A DNA stretch of 64,000 nucleotides from Clostridia bacterium (lineage in GTDB: Bacteria; Bacillota; Clostridia; Oscillospirales; UBA644): positions 30 to 64,029 of the forward strand of contig JAGAPC010000004.1 of assembly GCA_017623475.1 (NCBI GenBank), in the 5' to 3' direction. Below, piece after piece: positions 27,902 to 34,337 of this stretch. The translations under genes and the position numbers were made by a program. A model generated the notes under the pieces. It did not search any database and was not told the DNA's origin. It was given only the letters and a program-made list of their open reading frames with translations. Positions within the stretch are counted from its first letter, which is position 1, and each line of letters starts with the position of its first letter.

Positions 27902-28321
27902 ATGCGGATTCTTGCGATTGACTACGGAATGGCTCGTACCGGTGTGGCACTTTCCGATCCTACCGGCTTGATTGCCACTCCCTACCGGGTAGTCCCGTCC
28001 CGAAATTATGAAAAGCTTCTGATCGCCATCGGCGAAATCATTTCAACCATTGCTCCGGACAAAGTTATTCTTGGTTTTCCCGGACGAACCGACGGCACAA
28101 AAAGCGAAATGTGCGAGCGTGTGGAGCGTTTTAAAGACGAATTAAAGCAACGGTTCAACGTCGATGCCGAATTGGTCGATGAAAAATATACGACCGTAAT
28201 TGCATCGCAAATGCTTCATGCAGGTGGTACGAAGGCAAAGGAGCAGAGGCAAAATATTGACGCCGCCGCCGCCGCGGTGCTACTGCAGGGATACCTTGAC
28301 GGTCATCGCAACGAAAAATAA
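27902..28321 (+). CDS. ruvX: Holliday-junction resolvase-like RuvX (YqgF)
   Basis: MRILAIDYG..RTGVA N-terminus, 139 aa. The longer ORF from 27887 would start inside the terminator. Confidence 0.9.
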   Translation: MRILAIDYGMARTGVALSDPTGLIATPYRVVPSRNYEKLLIAIGEIISTIAPDKVILGFPGRTDGTKSEMCERVERFKDELKQRFNVDAELVDEKYTTVIASQMLHAGGTKAKEQRQNIDAAAAAVLLQGYLDGHRNEK

Positions 28322-28330
28322 GCACAAAAT

Positions 28331-28378
28331 AACTCCTTCCGTAATATATTGGAATAGCCCCTGCGGAAGGAGTTTTAT
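28331..28378 (+). terminator. Hairpin/terminator after ruvX whose 3' arm contains the downstream SD
   Basis: 11-bp stem AACTCCTTCCG / CGGAAGGAGTT with a 22-nt loop, followed by TTTATT. Confidence 0.55.
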
Positions 28379-28383
28379 TGTAC

Positions 28384-29334
28384 ATGAAAATAGTTCAAAA
28401 ATACGGCGGATCCTCACTTGCCGATGCCGAATGTGTTCGCCGCGTTGCTCAAAGGATATTAGTTGATGCAAAAAATAATCAGATGTTGGTCGTCGTGTCG
28501 GCACAGGGAAAAACCACCGACGCGCTGACGAAAAAATATCTTGAGTTATCCGATGAATTCCCCAGCCGGGAGTCAGACGCCCTGTTGATTTCCGGAGAAC
28601 AAAGTTCCGCGGCGTTACTTGCGGCAACACTGCGCAGGTACGGTGTGGATGCCGTATCCTTAAACGGTGCGCAAATTCCGATCCGAGCCTCCGGGAAACA
28701 AGGAGACGGACGGATCAAAGAGATCTGTACTGCCAGAATCCGAAAGGAGTGGAAGCAAGGTCGAATCGTTGTCGTTACCGGGTTTCAAGGGATAACCGAC
28801 GAAGGGGATTTTATTACTCTCGGTCGCGGTGGATCGGACACCTCCGCCGTTGCATTGGCCGCCGCATTGAAGGCGGATCGTTGCATGATATTTACCGACG
28901 TTGACGGCGTTTATTCTGCCGACCCACGAAGAATCGAGGATGCCGTAAGATTTGACTCCCTTCATGAAGATACGATGTTGGATCTTGCCCTTCACGGCGC
29001 AAAGGTTCTGCACCCCCGCGCCGCGGCTCTGGCAAAGCAGTATCAAGTTCCTACGGAAGTGTTAACTTCATTTTCGGATCAGGCAGGAACGGTGATTTCG
29101 GTCGATGCACCGCGCAGAACGGGAGTTACTGCGTCAAATCCCGGAGATCATACCGTTGTGATTTCCGGTGTTCTTTCATCGATCCCACAGGGCGGTCTTT
29201 GGACTGAAATTTTGAATGTTTTTTCTGAATTTCCTTGTTCTTTGAAGTTTGGCTCAAACGTCTTCCAAGCCGCAGTATCCGAAGAAAACGCAACGGCGTT
29301 GATGAAGCGATTGCATCACATTATTTATAAATAA
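28384..29334 (+). CDS. Aspartate kinase, short form (about 316 aa)
   Basis: MKIVQKYGGSS, VVVSAQGKTTD and LGRGGSDTSAVALA amino-acid-kinase motifs. Only about 70 aa follow the catalytic domain. Confidence 0.8.
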   Translation: MKIVQKYGGSSLADAECVRRVAQRILVDAKNNQMLVVVSAQGKTTDALTKKYLELSDEFPSRESDALLISGEQSSAALLAATLRRYGVDAVSLNGAQIPIRASGKQGDGRIKEICTARIRKEWKQGRIVVVTGFQGITDEGDFITLGRGGSDTSAVALAAALKADRCMIFTDVDGVYSADPRRIEDAVRFDSLHEDTMLDLALHGAKVLHPRAAALAKQYQVPTEVLTSFSDQAGTVISVDAPRRTGVTASNPGDHTVVISGVLSSIPQGGLWTEILNVFSEFPCSLKFGSNVFQAAVSEENATALMKRLHHIIYK

Positions 29335-29337
29335 CGA

Positions 29338-29374
29338 AAACCGGCAATGCGTATTTATAGCGCGTTGCCGGTTT
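29338..29374. terminator. Bidirectional terminator between convergent genes
   Basis: 10-bp stem AAACCGGCAA / TTGCCGGTTT with A and T runs on both sides. Confidence 0.7.
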
Positions 29375-30194
29375 ACAATTTACATAAGCTTAAAAAATCG
29401 TTCAATACCAAGGCTTCTTCTTCCTGCGTAAGATAAAAATGACTTGATTGCGGCAGGGTATGGATCCGTATCTTAGGGTTCTTTTTTAATATTTCTACGG
29501 AAGAATACGCAACCAACTCATCCTTCTTGGACTGATACACGGTACAGGGCGTTGACAGTTTTTGAATAACGCCTCTCGTATGATAAATTTCCTTCAGCAA
29601 TTCCACGTACCGCGGAATCCAGGGCAGATATTTCCACAGGCGGGGATCCGGCTTGATTCCGTACGCAAGAGTGGCGCCGAGCGTTCGCAGGTCCATTGGC
29701 GAAACCCTTTGAAATAAAACCTTCAACGAGGTAGTCAGCGCGCTCGGTTTCGGATGAACCCGAAGGGGAGACGCCATTAAAAACAGTTGAGAAATGTCAG
29801 AGGGATTTTCGATTGCGGCGTTGATTGCGAAAAGAGTTCCCATGGAATGGGCAACGATGATAATTTCCCGATGCTGTTGTCGTAACGTCGTAAGCGCGCC
29901 GTTTACCTGTGATTTCCAACGCTTCATCGACGTTTTTGCAAAATCATCGGTGGTTTTCCCGTGTCCGTCCAAAAGAAGATTGATGATGGAATAATTCTCC
30001 GGGATCAACGGAATGAATTTTCGAAAATGATCCGGAGTTCCGACGATTCCGTGAATGAAGAGGATTGCGGTATTTGCTTCGGGAACGATACGAACGTATT
30101 CTTGATGACGAGACATACAACCACACGTCCTTTCATTAAAATCGGGAGGCCTCTCCGACGGAAAAGCCTCCCAACATTTTTGGAAATCGATCAA
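29373..30194 (-). CDS. Alpha/beta hydrolase (carboxylesterase/lysophospholipase-like)
   Basis: Oxyanion region ILFIHGIVG and nucleophile elbow VAHSMG. The TTG at 30194 abuts the upstream stop. An alternative ATG at 30116 would give a typical 247-aa enzyme. Confidence 0.75.
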   Translation of the reverse strand: MIDFQKCWEAFPSERPPDFNERTCGCMSRHQEYVRIVPEANTAILFIHGIVGTPDHFRKFIPLIPENYSIINLLLDGHGKTTDDFAKTSMKRWKSQVNGALTTLRQQHREIIIVAHSMGTLFAINAAIENPSDISQLFLMASPLRVHPKPSALTTSLKVLFQRVSPMDLRTLGATLAYGIKPDPRLWKYLPWIPRYVELLKEIYHTRGVIQKLSTPCTVYQSKKDELVAYSSVEILKKNPKIRIHTLPQSSHFYLTQEEEALVLNDFLSLCKL

Positions 30195-30596
30195 TTAAAG
30201 ATATTTTTTCAGCTCGTCGGAAAGTTCGTTAACATCCTTGCTGAGGGTAATGGTAATATCAATATTACGGATTACCTTGTTAACTTCTGCGAGGAATTCT
30301 TCCAGCAAAGCCAAATCATCGCCGCAGATTTTCGTGATGGAATCAACGAAGATATCGGTAATGTCGTAGTTTGCAGACATCAATCCGCACAGGAAACCGA
30401 AGAAACGGTCGTAAGTATTGATATCGTACTCATCAGAACTGATAAGACGAACCTTATGGCTGATGTCGTAAATCAGTTTTCTGCCTTTTTCCACGCAGAC
30501 GACGCAACCGCGTTCGGTAGCGATGGCAGCGTTTGCTTCCGCGATGAGGGTTTTGGTTTTACCGGTTCCTTTGAGTCCAACGATAAGTTTAATCAT
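30195..30596 (-). CDS. Minimal stand-alone P-loop NTPase (133 aa), function unknown
   Basis: Walker A GLKGTGKT at residues 7-14 and a Walker B-like ITDIFVDS. A strong SD GAGGAGG lies 9 nt upstream of the ATG. Confidence 0.6.
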   Translation of the reverse strand: MIKLIVGLKGTGKTKTLIAEANAAIATERGCVVCVEKGRKLIYDISHKVRLISSDEYDINTYDRFFGFLCGLMSANYDITDIFVDSITKICGDDLALLEEFLAEVNKVIRNIDITITLSKDVNELSDELKKYL

Positions 30597-30631
30597 GGGG
30601 GAATATCCTCCTCTTTCTTTTTGCTAATTAC

Positions 30632-30660
30632 ATTATATCATATTTTTTTACAGATTGCAA
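30632..30660 (-). promoter_or_regulatory. Sigma-A-type promoter (TTGCAA-N17-TATAAT)
   Basis: On the minus strand, TTGCAA at 30660-30655 and TATAAT at 30637-30632, upstream of the P-loop gene. Confidence 0.7.
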
Positions 30661-30695
30661 GAGGAAAAAGAAAATTTTTTGTCAAAATACACAAA

Positions 30696-32036
30696 TTATT
30701 TCAATTTTGCCTCAAGTTCTGCTTTCATATTTTCGTATCCGGGTTTTCCGAGCAGTGCAAACATATTCTTTTTGTATGCTTCCACGCCGGGTTGGTCAAA
30801 GGGATTTACACCCAAAAGATAGCCGGAAATCGCGCAGGCCTTTTCGTAGAAATAAATCAGGTAACCCAGAGAATAAGCAGACGCATCCTCCAATTCAAGA
30901 ACGATGGAAGGAACTCCGCCGTCCATGTGTGCCAATGCCGTTGCCTGGAAGGCTTTCATGTTGACGTCCTGCATGGATTTTCCTGCAAGAAAATTCAAAC
31001 CGTCGAGATTTTCGGGATCGACGCCTACCACCAGATCCTGCTTGGATTTATTGACCCATAAAACCGTTTCGTACATCGTCCGCATCCCCTCCTGGAGATA
31101 CTGTCCCAGGGAGTGGAGATCGGTAGAGAAGATCATGCTGGTGGGGAAGAGCCCCTTTCCGTCTTTGCCTTCACTTTCGCCGTAAAGCTGCTTGATCCAT
31201 TCGCCCAATCACCACAGATAGGGCTCGTAACCAACGGTAACCTCGATGGAACGACCTTTCCGCAGAAGAATGTTGCGAATTGCGGCAAATTCATAGCAGG
31301 GATTCTTGCTCAAATCAGGATCGTCAAAGTCTTTCATTGCGTCGGCGGCACCGGTCATCAAAGCGTCGATGTCAATGCCGGCAGCGGCGATGGGCAGAAG
31401 TCCGACGGGGGTGAGAACGGAAAAACGTCCGCCAACGTCGTCGGGAATAACGAAGCATTCGTATCCTTCCCGATCCGCCAGGGATTTCAGTGTTCCGCGA
31501 GCCTTGTCGGTAGTGGCGTAAATGCGTTCTTTCGCGCCTTCTTTTCCGTATTTCTTCTCTAAATATTCCTTCAGAATCCGGAAGGCAAGGGCAGGCTCCG
31601 TCGTCGTCCCGGACTTGGAAATAATGTTAACGCTGACGTCTTTTCCTTCACAGATCGACAAAACCTCCTGCAAATGGGTCGAGGAAATGGAATTGCCGAT
31701 GAAATAAATTTCCGGAGTCCCTTCGCGCTTCAGGTTGTTGTACATGGGGGATTTTACAAATTCAATGGCGGCGCGGGCACCTAAGTAAGATCCGCCGATT
31801 CCGATAACCAAAAGAACGTCCGTGTCCTTTTTGATTTTCTCCGCGGCGACCTTAATTCTTGCAAATTCTTCCTTATCGTAATCGACGGGAAGGTTGACCC
31901 AGCCGAGAAAATCGTTTCCGGCACCGTTTTTGTCCTTGAGCATTTTATCTGCGGCGGCAACGTAGGGCTTCAGTCCCTCGTATTCCTTTTCCCCGATAAA
32001 ACCGTTCAGGTACTGCTTGTTTACCTTTAATACCAT
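30696..32036 (-). pseudogene. pgi: Glucose-6-phosphate isomerase interrupted by one in-frame TGA (31209-31211)
   Basis: ORFs 31209-32051 and 30696-31208 are the same frame: ...[27 protein letters not shown].... Both halves are collinear with bacterial PGI. The likely start is the ATG at 32036, 9 nt after GGAG. Confidence 0.85.
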
Positions 32037-32070
32037 AACTATATTCTCCAATCTGTAGATTTCGAAATAA

Positions 32071-32274
32071 TCAGTCGATCGAAAAATCCGAACTGTCGAA
32101 TTCCGGCAAGGTCGCAGGACGATGGGGAATCCGTTTCAGGGAACAGTACAGGAATTTTTTACAATCGGCCTTCGGTTGGATGAGCCCGTACCGTTTGCAC
32201 AAGACGTTTCCATCCGTGAGAACCGTTCCGTTTTTACAATATTCACAGCTTGGCTCGATGTTTTTGCGAAACAT
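32071..32274 (-). CDS. Small Cys-rich protein (67 aa), unknown function
   Basis: CEYC at residues 10-13 plus three further Cys. A good SD (AAAGGAG) and a promoter lie upstream. Confidence 0.5.
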   Translation of the reverse strand: MFRKNIEPSCEYCKNGTVLTDGNVLCKRYGLIQPKADCKKFLYCSLKRIPHRPATLPEFDSSDFSID

Positions 32275-32298
32275 ACGGACACTCCTTTCTTTTTAACA

Positions 32299-32327
32299 AT
32301 TATATCACAGATTGGCAAAGATTGCAA
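32299..32327 (-). promoter_or_regulatory. Sigma-A-type promoter (TTGCAA-N17-TATAAT)
   Basis: On the minus strand, TTGCAA at 32327-32322 and TATAAT at 32304-32299. It drives the small Cys protein and pgi. Confidence 0.7.
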
Positions 32328-32379
32328 GCAAGATATGTGTTCAATTTTTAAATAAAATTTTACTTTTATTAAAACTTTA

Positions 32380-32408
32380 TTTACAAACGTCAGTTTTTGT
32401 ATTATAAT
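32380..32408 (+). promoter_or_regulatory. Sigma-A-type promoter (TTTACA-N17-TATAAT) for miaB
   Basis: TTTACA at 32380-32385 and TATAAT at 32403-32408. Confidence 0.65.
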
Positions 32409-32441
32409 AGATATAAAGTTGATAATAGAAAGAGTGACTTC

Positions 32442-33863
32442 ATGTCGGATTTAAAATATATCTCGGAAGCGGAAATTCTGCGGCAACGCGGTTATATCGA
32501 ATCGATCCGAGAGCTTTTGACAGAAAAGCAGGCAAAGACCGGTCTTCCGGCTTTTGCTTATACGAAAACCTTCGGCTGTCAACAGAATGAAAACGATACG
32601 GAGCGAATCAACGGAATGTTGTCCGAAATGGGATTCGTCTTTACGGATACTCCGAGCGCAGCGGATTTTATCCTTTTTAACACCTGTGCGGTTCGGGATC
32701 ATGCGGAACAAAAGGTGTACGGTACGGTGGGATCTCTCGCTCCTTTGAAGAAAGAAAAGCCCGATACGGTCATCGCCCTTTGCGGGTGCATGATGCAACA
32801 ATCTGCGGTGTCTGATGAGATTCGCAAAAAATACCGTCACGTAGATTTATTGTTCGGACCTCACGCCCTGTACCGATTTCCGGAGAATTTTTATAACGTC
32901 CTTACACAAAAAGGCAGAATCTTTGACAATGCCCCTTCCGATGGCAATATTGCGGAGGGGATTCCGGTATTACGGTCGGATAAAACCCGTGCGTGGGTTT
33001 CGATCATGTCCGGGTGTAATAACTTTTGCACCTACTGCATCGTTCCCCACGTCCGCGGAAGGGAACGGAGCCGTTCTCCGGAATTGGTCTTGAAAGAAGT
33101 TCAAAGCCTGATCAAGCAAGGATATAAGGAAATTACGCTGCTGGGACAAAACGTAAATTCCTACTGCAACGATCTTGACGTGGATTATGATTTTTCGGAT
33201 CTTCTTCGGGAAATTGACCAAATGGAAGGCGACTTTACCGTTCGGTTTATGACCTCTCATCCGAAGGATGCGTCGGAAAAGCTGATTCGTACCATTGCCG
33301 CGTGTCCTCACGTTTCCCGTCATATTCATCTTCCGTTTCAATCGGGTAGCAATCGGATTTTAAAGCTGATGAACCGAAAATATACCCGGGAAGATTATCT
33401 TAATTTGATTTCTCTTGCCAAAAAGGAAATTCCGGGCGTCGTTTTTACCTCGGACGTAATCGTTGGATTTCCTACCGAGACGGAAGAAGATTTCCAAGAT
33501 ACCATGTCGCTGATCCGTGAGGTTGGGTTTGACGGATTGTTTACTTTCATTTATTCCCCCCGTAACGGCACGCCTGCGGCTACTATGGACGGACAGATTC
33601 CGGACGACGTAAAGGGTGACCGTTACCGCCGTCTTTCCGCATTACAAAGCGAGTTGTCCGCACAGGCAAACCAAAAATTAGTGGGACAAGTGGTGACCGT
33701 TTTGGTGACGGGACAAAATGAAAAGGATCCATCCCTTTGCAACGGACGAACCGACGAGAATAAGTTGGTGCATTTCCCGGGGAATTTTCAGGCGGGAACT
33801 AAAGTGAACGTCCGCATCGATCGAGCGTTGAATTGGGGAATGTACGGGACGCTCGCGGACTGA
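32442..33863 (+). CDS. miaB: tRNA-i6A37 methylthiotransferase MiaB
   Basis: MTTase N-domain (FGCQQNENDTE), radical SAM CNNFCTYC and a C-terminal TRAM domain. Confidence 0.9.
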   Translation: MSDLKYISEAEILRQRGYIESIRELLTEKQAKTGLPAFAYTKTFGCQQNENDTERINGMLSEMGFVFTDTPSAADFILFNTCAVRDHAEQKVYGTVGSLAPLKKEKPDTVIALCGCMMQQSAVSDEIRKKYRHVDLLFGPHALYRFPENFYNVLTQKGRIFDNAPSDGNIAEGIPVLRSDKTRAWVSIMSGCNNFCTYCIVPHVRGRERSRSPELVLKEVQSLIKQGYKEITLLGQNVNSYCNDLDVDYDFSDLLREIDQMEGDFTVRFMTSHPKDASEKLIRTIAACPHVSRHIHLPFQSGSNRILKLMNRKYTREDYLNLISLAKKEIPGVVFTSDVIVGFPTETEEDFQDTMSLIREVGFDGLFTFIYSPRNGTPAATMDGQIPDDVKGDRYRRLSALQSELSAQANQKLVGQVVTVLVTGQNEKDPSLCNGRTDENKLVHFPGNFQAGTKVNVRIDRALNWGMYGTLAD

Positions 33864-33914
33864 TTTGTTTTTAATTTTCAATAAAATATCTATATGAAGA
33901 AAGAGGAAAATAAG

Positions 33915-34310
33915 ATGACAGATCTTACCAAACTTGCCCACGAGCTGGGCGAAGCAATCGAAGCCAGCGAAGAATTCAAAAAATATGCGGAAGCAAAAGC
34001 TCTTCAGGAGACGGATTCCGAACTGCAGATGGTAATCGGAGAATACAATCTCCGTCGGATGCAGCTGATGAACGAATTGCAAAAGGAAACCAAGGATCAG
34101 GACGAAGAAATGCTCAACAGTATGCGCGAAATGATGAATACCGCGTACGACAAGGTAATTTCTCATCCCGTGATGAAGCAATTCTCCGAAAGCTCCGAAG
34201 CACTGCAGGAATTGGTAAACGGCGTTTATCAAATCATCAATTTCCACGTTACCGGCGAAGAGCCTCATTCTTGCGGAGGAAATTGCTCCGGATGCTCCGG
34301 CTGCCACTAA
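33915..34310 (+). CDS. YlbF/YmcA-family protein with Cys-rich C-terminus
   Basis: Helical YlbF-like N-terminus (LGEAIEASEEFKKYAEAK...) and the tail HSCGGNCSGCSGCH. The ATG at 33915 lies 7 nt after AAGAGGA; 33894 is an alternative start. Confidence 0.65.
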   Translation: MTDLTKLAHELGEAIEASEEFKKYAEAKALQETDSELQMVIGEYNLRRMQLMNELQKETKDQDEEMLNSMREMMNTAYDKVISHPVMKQFSESSEALQELVNGVYQIINFHVTGEEPHSCGGNCSGCSGCH

Positions 34311-34337
34311 AAAATTTAGACAAGGACGTAAACACAA

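Noticed and set aside
29961-31061. 366-aa plus-strand ORF spanning the hydrolase 5' end, the P-loop gene, an intergenic promoter and the pgi 3' end. Similar antisense ORFs occur at 33678-34580 and 13013-13741.
   Set aside because: These ORFs cross several independently supported genes and regulatory elements on the opposite strand. They have no SD and no recognisable domains, so I treat them as chance open frames.
31209-31211. Genome-wide UGA reassignment (code 4 or 25) or selenocysteine as an explanation for the in-frame TGA in pgi
   Set aside because: Many genes in the window terminate at TGA exactly where homologues end and the next gene starts, so UGA is a normal stop here. The PGI column is not a Cys/Sec position in the homologues I remember. 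I see no obvious SECIS-like hairpin just downstream, and no sel genes are present.
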